Counted from the first letter of the stretch, positions 18,246 through 27,882 are shown. The stretch: DNA of 33,756 nucleotides from an uncultured Candidatus Peribacteria bacterium (GCA_964580335.1 CAZOKC010000001.1:7885-41640); one strand, 5' to 3'. Notes: generated from the letters alone by a model not told the origin. Program-made: numbers and translations.

Positions 18246-19361
18246 TTAATCGTTGATTATTTTCCCTGCTTCTTTTTCGTCTAGATATTTCCAGAGCATT
18301 ATCATGAGTACAAATACTATTAGGATAAGTACAATTTTTGCCCATTTATTAAAAAATAGTGCTGAAATTCCAAATAGACTTGTAAATAAATAAATTATTA
18401 TAAGTGATTTTGATTCTGAAAATCCGTTTCTTAGCATTTTGTGGTGAGTATGTTCAAAGTTATGTGTCCAAGGTGTTTTGCCTTTCTTTAGCAAAACTAC
18501 GGAATTTATTACTTTATCAAAAATTGGGAACCCAAGTACAACTAAAGCAGTTGCAATCTTGGCGCTGGCCATTATAGAAAGTACAGATATGAGTAATCCA
18601 CATAATGCTGATCCAGTATCTCCAATCAAAGATTTTGCAGGAGGAAGTTCAAAAACAAGTCCTGAGAATATTATTCCAAGACTTATAAGAAGCATTCTAT
18701 AAGTCATTTCTTGATTACTCCACTGCAAAGGATCAAATGAATTTGTTTGAAGTAATTTATAAGTAAGTAAAAGCAACACAAATATTGATATAAATGATAT
18801 ACCAAGAGTTTCTCCTCTTATACCATCAGTAAAATTTATGATATTTATAATGCCTACTATCCATAACACTGTGAATGTTATGACCACATATTCAAATTCA
18901 AATCCCATTAAAGATACTTTGTATTGTGTTAAATCGATAATACCAGGACTCAATGGGTTACTTATGTAGTCTATTGAAATTCCTGCGTATATCAAAATCA
19001 GGGCTACTACAATTTGTGTAATAAGTCTTGAATGAATTTTAATTCTTAATTTTATTTTTTCTAAAGTATTTCCAAAATCATCAATTATATTTGTTATTAA
19101 AAGTAATAATATTGCAAATCCTATAAATAAGAATTTTAAGTTAGATGTTATATAAAATAAATATCCAATAAAACTCAATATACTTATATTTAAAGATATC
19201 CCACTACTATAAGGAAGAGCTTCCCTCGTGTATCCAAATTTCCAAGGTCTGTCTGTAAGTGTAAGTTTTTTTGCAATTATGATATATAAAAAATGAATAA
19301 TAAAACCTAAGAGAGAAGGTAAAAGTAAGAATTTTATATAATATATTGTGTCAATTTGCAT
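18246..19361 (-). CDS. Glycosyltransferase family 4 polyprenyl-phosphate sugar-1-phosphate transferase (WecA/MraY-like)
   Basis: Polytopic membrane protein with the DD motif (NIIDDFGN), NFTDGIRG (NxxDGxxG) and a C-terminal FEHTHHKML His motif. ATG 19361 (MQIDTIYY..) avoids the overlap with truB that the track start at 19427 would create. Confidence 0.75.
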   Translation of the reverse strand: MQIDTIYYIKFLLLPSLLGFIIHFLYIIIAKKLTLTDRPWKFGYTREALPYSSGISLNISILSFIGYLFYITSNLKFLFIGFAILLLLITNIIDDFGNTLEKIKLRIKIHSRLITQIVVALILIYAGISIDYISNPLSPGIIDLTQYKVSLMGFEFEYVVITFTVLWIVGIINIINFTDGIRGETLGISFISIFVLLLLTYKLLQTNSFDPLQWSNQEMTYRMLLISLGIIFSGLVFELPPAKSLIGDTGSALCGLLISVLSIMASAKIATALVVLGFPIFDKVINSVVLLKKGKTPWTHNFEHTHHKMLRNGFSESKSLIIIYLFTSLFGISALFFNKWAKIVLILIVFVLMIMLWKYLDEKEAGKIIND

Positions 19362-19365
19362 ATAT

Positions 19366-20286
19366 TTAAATTTGAGAAATAAGTCGTAAACTTTGAAGAG
19401 AATTTGATTTAGAATTGTAATTACCAAATCCTATAAATTCTGATTCTATATAGATAGGGGATTTTTCTATATTTTTTTTACCCAGATCAATTTGTAAATT
19501 ACCTTTTATCATAAGTTCTTTTTTATATTTAGAATCAATATTTATCCTAGCTTTAAAGAAATTATTATTAAACATTTCTTCTAAGTCCATAATATTATCA
19601 TGGATCTCAAATTCTTTTAAGTCATTATTGTAGTAAACAATTTTGATATTTTCTTTGGAAAATGATCCTATTCCAGTTCTTGTAATGCTTGTAGTGTAAG
19701 CTCCAAATTTTGAAATAGCACCTATATCATGAATTATAGATCTTATGTATGTTCCACTTTCACAACTTACTTCTATTTCAAAATTTGGAGCATCAAACTT
19801 TATTAATTTTATATCATAAATTTCTTTTACTCTTTCTGGAATTTCAAAATCTTTTCCTTGTCTTGCCATTTCATAAGATCTTTTTCCATCTATTTTTATA
19901 TTTGAATGTATTGGTGGTCGTTGTTTTATTTTTCCAAGAAAATTTTTATTTAAAAGTTTTTTAAAATCATCCTCATCAAAATCTTTTATAGGTATTTTCG
20001 TTTCTTTTATTTCCCCTTCAGTATCGTAAGTTGTAGATATCTTACCCAAAATTCCTGTTGCTTTATATATCTTCCTATCAGGTAAGAATTTAAAAAACTT
20101 TGATGCTTCTCCAAATCCAATCAAAAGAAGTCCTTCGGCTTTTGGGTCGAGGACTCCTGTATGTCCAATCTTTATTTTTTCTTTTATATTAAATCTGAAT
20201 TTTAAACTATTTCTCACTTTTTTGATGCAGTCAAACGAAGACCAATCCATGGGTTTCCAAACGAATATGAATCCAGATTCTTTCAT
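19366..20286 (-). CDS. truB: tRNA pseudouridine(55) synthase
   Basis: GHTGVLDPKAEGLLLIGFGEASK catalytic-Asp motif; 306 aa. Confidence 0.85.
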   Translation of the reverse strand: MKESGFIFVWKPMDWSSFDCIKKVRNSLKFRFNIKEKIKIGHTGVLDPKAEGLLLIGFGEASKFFKFLPDRKIYKATGILGKISTTYDTEGEIKETKIPIKDFDEDDFKKLLNKNFLGKIKQRPPIHSNIKIDGKRSYEMARQGKDFEIPERVKEIYDIKLIKFDAPNFEIEVSCESGTYIRSIIHDIGAISKFGAYTTSITRTGIGSFSKENIKIVYYNNDLKEFEIHDNIMDLEEMFNNNFFKARINIDSKYKKELMIKGNLQIDLGKKNIEKSPIYIESEFIGFGNYNSKSNSLQSLRLISQI

Positions 20287-20345
20287 GATCTTTATTAAAT
20301 ACTCGTGTATTTTATGGTAATAAATATTATATTACTAGCCCAAAA

Positions 20346-20870
20346 CTATTTTTTCTTTTTAACTACTTTTTTAACTGGTTTTGCTTTTGTAGTTGGTTTT
20401 TTTGTTACAACTTTTTTTGCTATTACTTTTTTAATTGGTTTAGATGCAACTGGTTTTGTAGGAGTAACAGTTTTAGGTTTAGACTTTTTTGCTAAAAGTT
20501 CTTTTTCTATTTCCATAGCTTTTTTAGTAGCTTTTTCAGAAAAAGTTTTCAAATTTGTATAAGCTGCATTAAGAGCTTCTTCACTATACTCTCCAAGATC
20601 ACTAAGACCTTTTTTAAGTTTTTCATTAGCTGTTTTAAGAGAATTTTGTACTTGTTTGCTATGATAAAGTTTACTCATAGAGTTACCGAAATCTTCTTCC
20701 ATATCTTTAAGTTCTTCCCAAACAACTTTTTTATAACCTTTTTTAAGATTACCAGAAGGTGAAAAAAGTTTTTCACGTAGTTTCTTTCCGCTTGTAGGCG
20801 CAAATAAAACTCCAAGACCGCAACCTAAGAGTGCAATAAGTACTCCTAAGAAAACACGAAAAATACTCAT
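20346..20870 (-). CDS. YtxH-domain membrane-anchored protein with lysine-rich histone-H1-like C-terminal tail
   Basis: The N-terminus FLGVLIALLGCGLGVLFAPTSGKKLREKL is YtxH-like. The C-terminus is KSKPKTVTPTKPVASKPIKKVIAKKVVTKKPTTKAKPVKKVVKKKK. Confidence 0.65.
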   Translation of the reverse strand: MSIFRVFLGVLIALLGCGLGVLFAPTSGKKLREKLFSPSGNLKKGYKKVVWEELKDMEEDFGNSMSKLYHSKQVQNSLKTANEKLKKGLSDLGEYSEEALNAAYTNLKTFSEKATKKAMEIEKELLAKKSKPKTVTPTKPVASKPIKKVIAKKVVTKKPTTKAKPVKKVVKKKK

Positions 20871-20974
20871 ATAGATGTATTTTATTTATAAAAAATAACT
20901 ACGTCTTAGAGTGTATTTTATTAAAGCTACATGGTCAAATCTGATCAGATTTTTTATGTGTACAAATTGAAAAA

Positions 20975-23900
20975 TTATTTGTTTCTTTGTAATTTTAATT
21001 TTGTTTTTATATCAAATATTTCAATCTCTTTTTCAAAATCACATTTTTTTAAATAAGAATTTATTTCAGTAGTTAATGTTTCGGATTTTAATATTTCGAG
21101 CATATTTTTATCAAAATCAAGATCATCAATTTTATCTATACTTATAGTTATGCGATCTGAGATATTGAAATTTGCTTCTTTTCTAGCCTCTTGTATCTCT
21201 CTTATAAGATCTCTAAGTATACCTTCTTTTCTGAGTTCGTCTGTAATTGTTGTATCAAGTCCAACCAAGATTTCACCGAGTCCTTGGGCTTCGAGATTTC
21301 CTTTAGGTTCATACCTAAATTCGTATTCACCTGGATGTAAATTTTCTCCTCCTATTTCATAAATTCCTTCTCCTAAATCTTTGAATTTTCCTTGTTTCGC
21401 CAAGATAATTATTTCTTGAGTTTTACCTCCAAATCTTGGTCCTATTTTTCTTGCGTCAGGTGATAAACTTACATTTGCTATATTTGAAGCATTTTCTTCC
21501 CAAATTATATCTTTTACATTTAGTTCTTCTTTTATAACTTCTTCAAGTTTTTTCATTTCTTTAAATAGTTTTTTATTTCCTATTGCTATATGTGCACTTG
21601 GCAAAGGTTGTCTTACTTTTATATTATTTTTTGATCTAAGTAATAATCCAAGTGAAACAATTTCTCTTGCCGTGTTAGTTTCTTTTTCAAGGTCTTTATC
21701 GATAAGGTTATAATTTACAAGTGGAAAATGATCGAGATGTACTGATTCAAAAACTTTTGTATTAGGCCTTAATAAATCATAAATGTGTTCACTTAAAAAT
21801 GGGCAAAAAGGAGCAAGTAATTTATTTAAAGTATCAAGAACATACCACAGTGTTTCATAAGCTTCATTTTTGTCAGAATCATTTTCACTTTTCCAAAATC
21901 TTCTTCTTGATCTTCTTATGTACCAGTTATTTAATTTATCTAAAAATGGTGCAAATTCATCTGAAGCTTTTTGAAGATCGTACGCATATAATTCATCTGA
22001 GATTTTACTTATAAGTGTTTGAAGTTCCGATAATATCCATTTATCTAAAGGATGTTTTGGAGAAAGAAGAACAAATTCTTTTATTTGTCCATTTGCTGTA
22101 TGACCTTCCCAATGTTTTGGGTGGTTACCTTTACCAAAACCATAATTTAAAAGTATTTGTTCTAAAGCTCTAGTTGTGGATTTGTGAGTTGATAAAACAA
22201 CGGCTTTTTCATTTTTCTCAAGTATGCCATCAAGACCTTTTTTTACTCTTTTATAAAAATCATCCACATAACTTTCGCCAGTAGGATATGGAACTTCCCA
22301 ACTTTCCATATTTTTATTCTTAGCCAGAATTGGTTTTCTGTATTCTGCTCTTTCCTCTAAAGTTTTACCTTCAAAATCACCAAGGATTATTTCATTTAAA
22401 TCTTCGATTTTATTTACTTTAGTTTTTTTAGCGTTAGCAAGAGGAGTTACTGTTTCATAAGCTCTTTTTAAGTTGGATGAATATATCGAATCTATATCTA
22501 TTTTTGAAAGTCTTTCAGATACTTTTTTTGCTTGATTTTGACCTTCTTTGTTTAAAGATAAATCCAGACTACCTTGAAGTTTACCTTCATTGTTTAAGTC
22601 AGTAGTTCCGTGTCTTACAAGATAAACTCTTCTTATATTTTTTGGTGTCCATTTATCTATATTTGCATATGTTGTAAGGAATGAAAGAGAATTCCAAAGT
22701 GGTATCAAAATAGTTTTCAATTTTTCGTCTATTGCAGTATCTGTAAATTTTGCATTTTCTCCTTTTACTACAGGTGAATTTATAAGTGTAAATCTAAAAG
22801 CATCAACTCCTTTTGTATCAAAAAGGATTGTTGGATCTGTAAAATTTCTTTTTGATTTTGAAAGTTTTTTTCCGTCTTCTGCAAGTAGAAGTCCCATTAC
22901 TACTATATTTTTTGCAGGTACATCTTGAAAAATAGCAGCTGATTCTACAAGTAGTGTATAAAACCATCCTCTTGTTTGATCCATCGCTTCACTTATAAAA
23001 TCGGCAGGAAATTTTTTCATAAATCCTTTTTCATCTTTGAAAGGAAAATGATTTGAAGCGTAAGGCATGGCTCCAGATTCAAACCAACAATCAAATACTT
23101 CAGGTACACGTCTATAAGTAAGTCCATTTTCTTCCCAAACTATGTCATCTACAAAATGTTTATGAAGATCATCTATTTTTGTAACTTTCTTTTTTGTTTT
23201 TTCATAATATGGGTTTTTTGAAAGTACTTCGTCTCTTGATCCTATAAAAATTGTATCTTTTACATTTCCTTCTTTATCATATCCTTTCCAAATAGGAAGA
23301 GGTGTTCCCCAATATCTATTTCTTGAAAATGCCCAGTCCGGTGCGTTTTCTATCCAATTTGCAAACCTTAAATTTCCAGCAAATCCTGGAACCCAGTGGA
23401 TTTCTTTATTTTTTTCTATCATTTTTTCTTTGAGCTTTCCTTCGATTTTTATAAACCAAGTTTCAAATGCAAAATTAAGAAGTGGCGTATCACATCTCCA
23501 ACAAAGTGGATATGAATGGTTGTAAGTTTCTTTTTTAAAAAGTAGATTTCTTTTTTCTAAATTGTCACAAATTTCTTTATCGAAACTTGTATAATTATCT
23601 TTTGTTTTTACTGTTTTGCCTTTAAATTCTTTTACGTAAGGTTTTACGATTCCCTCGATAGTTATGTGCTGTATAAATCCAAGCTTCTCTTTTTTTTTTT
23701 TTTTTTAATCTTCGCTACCAAACGCAGGCGCTACGTGAAGTACACCTGTACCGTCAACCATAGTTACCACATCTGATCCGACTACTACATATTGTCTTCC
23801 TTCTTTTTCTGGAGTCACAGAAAATAATGGTTCGTAAGAAAGGCCGACAAGTTCGGAGCCTTTGTAAGTGTGAGCTAATTTTTCTTCAAAATTTTCACCT

Positions 23901-24745
23901 AATATTTTTTTAGCTAATTCAAAGGCGAGTATTATATATTCGTTCCCTTTATCGATTAAAACATAATCTTCCTTCTCATTTACCGCTAAAGCTATATTTC
24001 CAGGAAGAGTCCATGGAGTTGTCGTCCATGCCAGCATATAAACTGGTGATGGAAGGTTACTTAGATTTTCATAAACTTTCTGCGACTTTTTATCCGCACT
24101 TCCATTTATTTTAAATTTAGCTGTACAAGACAAATCTTGAATATCTTTATATCCAAGAGCTACTTCAAAATTTGACAGTGGAGTCGCACATCTTGGGCAA
24201 ATGTGCATAGGTTTATAGCCTTCGTAGATCAAACCTTTTTTATGAAGTTCTTTTGTAACCCACCATATACTTTCCATGTACCATGGCTCCATTGTTTTGT
24301 AATCATTATCCATATCTACCCATCTTCCAAGTCTTTCTATGACTTTTTGCCATTCGTCTGCGTATTTCAAAATCGTCGATCTACATGATTCGTTGAATTT
24401 ATCTACACCCATTTTTTCTATATCTTGTTTTCCATTTAACCCAAGTTCTTTTTCTTTTTCGTATTCGATAGGAAGTCCATGACAATCCCATCCCCAAACT
24501 CTTTCTACACGTTTACCTTGCATGGTATGAAATCTTGCGATTATATCTTTCACGGTAGAAATAAGTAAATGTCCATGATGTGGAAGCCCTGTAGCAAAAG
24601 GAGGTCCATCAAAAAATGAGAATGTATAATTTTCTTGTTTTTCTTCGATAGATTTTTTAAATGTGTCTTCTTTTTTCCATTTTTTAAGAATTTCTTTTTC
24701 TATTTTTGGAAAATCTGCTCTCGCTTCTATTTTTTTGAATGTCAT
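20975..24745 (-). CDS. ileS: Isoleucine--tRNA ligase (type 2), one frame of 1256 codons interrupted by a single in-frame TAA (23705-23707); carries an inserted histidine-phosphatase domain
   Basis: HIGH (PHHGHLL), editing-domain TTPWTLPGN and GTGVLHVAPAFGSED, and YNHSYPLCWRCDTPLL (in the untracked stretch 23423-23704). Also KMSKS (KLSKS), NWYIRRSRRRFW, and the type-2 C-terminal ..DELRKEGILRDLIREIQEARKEANF.. The track ORFs 23705-24745 and 20975-23422 are in the same frame, and the stretch between them is open. Confidence 0.9.
22052..22642 (-). other. Histidine-phosphatase (phosphoglycerate-mutase/CobC/SixA superfamily) domain embedded in ileS
   Basis: VYLVRHGTTDLN (RHG), SSNLKRAYETV (second Arg), ILGDFEGKT (acid) and VVLSTHKSTTRAL (distal His). 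This covers residues ~261-457 of the 815-aa track ORF. Confidence 0.75.
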
Positions 24746-24815
24746 AGATATGAAAAAATATACAGTGAAAACTATATATCAAAATTTCTTTTAGTGGAAT
24801 GGAATCTTACCAGAT

Positions 24816-25364
24816 TTATTCTTTTATTTTTCTAATTATCTCGTTTGCAACTTCTTCAGGAGACAAATTTGTACTATCTATTACGAAGTCAAAATTTGAT
24901 TTGTCGTATGGATCGATATCATAATACTTTTTATATCTTTGACTTTCATTGGCTACTCTTTCAAGTATTTGAGTTTTAACTTCTTCCAAATTGTCTGCAT
25001 GAAGTTCATTTCTATCTGAATTTATAACTCTATCTTTTGATATTCTTCTTGCGGATTCTTCGACTGAAACATCTATAAAAACTTTTTTTGCATTTGGTAT
25101 GAAATGCCAAGCGGTCCTACTTTCGATGATGAAGTTATCTTTTGTCTTTGCATAATGTAAAACCATATCATCTATTTCTTTATCTATTTTACCTCCGTCA
25201 TGATTTGCTATTTCAAGAAGTTCTTCGATAGTTATACCCATATCTTTGGCTTTGTCTCTAAGCAATTGTCCCATATAAATTCTCTCAAAACCAAGTTTCT
25301 TTTCAAGTATTTTTGAAACTGTACTTTTTCCTGAACCCGGAAATCCACAAATTGAGATAATCAT
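24816..25364 (-). CDS. cmk: Archaeal-type cytidylate (CMP) kinase
   Basis: 182 aa. IISICGFPGSGKSTVSKILEKKLGFERIYMGQLLRD.., ..IIESRTAWHF.., ..RYKKYYDIDPYDKSNFDFVIDST.. match the short archaeal-type CMK layout. Confidence 0.7.
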   Translation of the reverse strand: MIISICGFPGSGKSTVSKILEKKLGFERIYMGQLLRDKAKDMGITIEELLEIANHDGGKIDKEIDDMVLHYAKTKDNFIIESRTAWHFIPNAKKVFIDVSVEESARRISKDRVINSDRNELHADNLEEVKTQILERVANESQRYKKYYDIDPYDKSNFDFVIDSTNLSPEEVANEIIRKIKE

Positions 25365-25591
25365 AAAAATTTAGTTTAACTAAATTCTAAACTTAAATAT
25401 CCATATTTCAAGAAATATGTGTTATAGGTCAATAAATTTTAAGTTTTATTTTCTCTGCCCATTCTGTCATAAACACTTCCGCCATTTCTTGTTATAGATT
25501 GGTCTAAACTGGGACTTCCATCATTTGAGCTGCTATACCCCCCCCTCCAGATGATCCACCTTTACCACCTCCAGTTGCTATAGTAGTAGAT

Positions 25592-27067
25592 TTAGATTTT
25601 TTTAACTGTCCATTTATGGCTTGAGGAATCCCATTCGATATTAACTTGTTTTTTATTCCAATTTACATTATTAGGATTTGTTCCAGTATACTCTGATTTA
25701 TTATCAACTTTTATAGTTATACTTTCTGGAGCACCATTAGTCATACATAAAATGTTTGCTACGGCACTCTGCAATGATGTTAATGATTCTTTAGCTTTCG
25801 AATTTTCATCTGGATCTGTATTTGTATAAGCTGGTAAATTTATAGTTGTCAGTTTGGTAAGCTTTTCAAGTCCAGAAAAATCTATTTTTGAAGTAATTGT
25901 TGAATCAAACTTCACATCAGGAAAAGTCACTTCCGTCACACCTGTAAACGCATCCAGATTTGGAATAGTTTTACTTTCAATTGTTAATTTTGTTACTTTT
26001 GAAACATCAATTCCGGTAGGTAAAGTCGTAAACCCTTCTTTCATTACAAATGTAGTACCATCAGTTAAAAATTCATAATTTGTGTTAGGTTTCTTTTCTT
26101 CCTCTTTAGTTATTTCAGGTGATTTTTGTTCCATCAAGAAATCAAAAAGGAATTTTGTTCTTGCTTCAGGAGTGTCGGCTTTACTTATATTGAAAGCAAG
26201 AGCTGCTTTTGCTTGAGAGAGAGTTTCTGTAGGAATCCCCGCAAAAATATCTACTTCATCAGGAGATGAGATTCTTAATCCTTTGCCTTCGGTATCTGTC
26301 ACTTGTTTTCCGCTAGAATCAACTAATGGCATCTTTGTAAATTTATTTTTTAGTGTTTGAGCTTGTGACGCGGTAAATAAAGCAAAACTTGTACTATCTA
26401 GTGTGTTTAGTGCAAGTGAATTGATATTTGGATTTGTCTCAAGTAGTGTTTTATCTTGAATTTCGGAAAGTATTCTTTCTGCAAATTTATCGCGAAGAGT
26501 ATATGTTTCCCAACCTTTCGTTCCTACCATATCGTCTAAATATTTGTCTAAAGCACCTATTTTGAGTCCTCTTAAGATATCTACGATGAATGCCATGACA
26601 AAACCTTCTTCGAATCCCATATTTTTGGCAAATTCTTTTATCCCACCAAGTGTATCTGTCTTTACATCGACGTGTTTTTGGATTTCCGCAACTAATTCTT
26701 GAAGGACTTTGAATAATCTTGAATATTCAGTTCTTTCTTCTTCACTTAAAGTAGATCCAGAGTCTTTTCCTGCTTCTCTTAACTTCGCGATAAAATCTCT
26801 TCCTATCTGATCTTTTAGACTATTTAAACTGGCTTGCGTTTCGGATGATACTTTCCCTATTTCTTTTTTGTAAAAATCATCAAGTGCTATTTCAAAAGTT
26901 TTAATGGACTCTTCGGCGACCTCCTCACTTTTTACTGTGTGTGCCTGCATCGTATCTATACTTTTGATAAGTGGATTAAAATCAGGTTTTGCCTGAAATC
27001 CAGAAAGCATATTTCCTACAAAAGGTATATCTGTAATATTTCGCTTTTCTGCTCCTGTATCTGCCAT
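25592..27067 (-). CDS. Hypothetical protein, C-terminal leucine-rich-repeat-like region; no signal peptide
   Basis: 491-aa ORF with no recognisable catalytic motif. The C-terminal third has LRR-like periodicity (..VSKVTKLTIESKTIPNLDAFTGVTEVTFPD..FSGLEKLTKLTTINLP..). Confidence 0.6.
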   Translation of the reverse strand: MADTGAEKRNITDIPFVGNMLSGFQAKPDFNPLIKSIDTMQAHTVKSEEVAEESIKTFEIALDDFYKKEIGKVSSETQASLNSLKDQIGRDFIAKLREAGKDSGSTLSEEERTEYSRLFKVLQELVAEIQKHVDVKTDTLGGIKEFAKNMGFEEGFVMAFIVDILRGLKIGALDKYLDDMVGTKGWETYTLRDKFAERILSEIQDKTLLETNPNINSLALNTLDSTSFALFTASQAQTLKNKFTKMPLVDSSGKQVTDTEGKGLRISSPDEVDIFAGIPTETLSQAKAALAFNISKADTPEARTKFLFDFLMEQKSPEITKEEEKKPNTNYEFLTDGTTFVMKEGFTTLPTGIDVSKVTKLTIESKTIPNLDAFTGVTEVTFPDVKFDSTITSKIDFSGLEKLTKLTTINLPAYTNTDPDENSKAKESLTSLQSAVANILCMTNGAPESITIKVDNKSEYTGTNPNNVNWNKKQVNIEWDSSSHKWTVKKI

Positions 27068-27202
27068 AAATTTAAAATAATCATATTATTATACCAAAAA
27101 AGTCAGGGAAATGCTAGTAAAATAGATTTAATGTTAGGTATATTTAAAATTAGTTGATTTTTATACAAATCTAATATAGGATATATATATAATCCATATA
27201 CT

Positions 27203-27454
27203 ATGACAGTAGTAAATTTTGTTGTCCCTAAGACCTTGGATAATAGAATAATGAGCTTTATTAGAACTAAAGGTTATTCTAGTAAATCTGAGTTTTTTCG
27301 TGTAGCTGCAATTAGTTTTCTTGAAAAGGATACCGATGCTAATATATTTGAAAAAGATGATGATATAGAAATGTTAACTTCAAAATTGAGTAAAGCTTTA
27401 TCAAAAGAGAAGAATAAGAAGTATATAAATGTACGAGATCAGCTGAAAATTTAG
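27203..27454 (+). CDS. Ribbon-helix-helix (CopG/RelB-like) antitoxin
   Basis: 83 aa. ..VNFVVPKTLDNRIMSFIRTKGYSSKSEFFRVAAISFL.. is a beta-strand/helix/helix RHH pattern. It lies directly upstream of the toxin gene. Confidence 0.65.
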   Translation: MTVVNFVVPKTLDNRIMSFIRTKGYSSKSEFFRVAAISFLEKDTDANIFEKDDDIEMLTSKLSKALSKEKNKKYINVRDQLKI

Positions 27455-27473
27455 TTAAATTATTTAAGGGGGT

Positions 27474-27809
27474 ATGTATAAAATTAGAATTACGAAAGTT
27501 TTTAAAAGAAACATCAAGTCGTTATTGAAAAAATATGCGAATTTATTAGATGATATAGTTTTTGCTTTAGAAAATTTTGATAGAAATACATCTATCTATT
27601 TGGGTAAAGGATTGTACAAAATACGACTTAAGAGTGATGATTTAAACAAAGGCAAAAGTGGTTCATTTAGAATGGTAATATATTTAGAAGAAAACCTAGG
27701 TATAATAATTCCTATATTCGTTTTTTATAAAGGCAATATAGAAAATATTGGTTTAGATAAAATAAAACAATATTTACTCAAAATCATAGAGGAAATTGGT
27801 TTAGAATAA
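27474..27809 (+). CDS. RelE/ParE-superfamily type II toxin
   Basis: 111 aa. ..LGKGLYKIRLKSDDLNKGKSGSFRMVIYL.. carries the GKSGxxR motif of RelE-like toxins. It starts 19 nt after the RHH gene. Confidence 0.65.
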   Translation: MYKIRITKVFKRNIKSLLKKYANLLDDIVFALENFDRNTSIYLGKGLYKIRLKSDDLNKGKSGSFRMVIYLEENLGIIIPIFVFYKGNIENIGLDKIKQYLLKIIEEIGLE

Positions 27810-27816
27810 ATTTCAT

Positions 27817-27856
27817 TTGACATTTTATTTTAGCAATCTAAAATAGTGAGTGCTAA
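27817..27856 (+). promoter_or_regulatory. dnaK promoter (TTGACA-N16-TAAAAT) overlapping a CIRCE/HrcA operator (27830-27856)
   Basis: TTAGCAATC-N9-GAGTGCTAA versus the consensus TTAGCACTC-N9-GAGTGCTAA, one mismatch. The left arm sits in the promoter spacer and the right arm just past the -10. Confidence 0.8.
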
Positions 27857-27882
27857 ATTATTCATTTCAGGTAATAATTTAT

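Noticed and set aside
23690-23706. Transcriptional or translational slippage on the A17 tract as the rescue mechanism for the ileS stop.
   Set aside because: The TAA lies upstream of the run and the downstream coding sequence is already in frame 0. Any +/-1 slippage in the run would destroy the frame rather than restore it.
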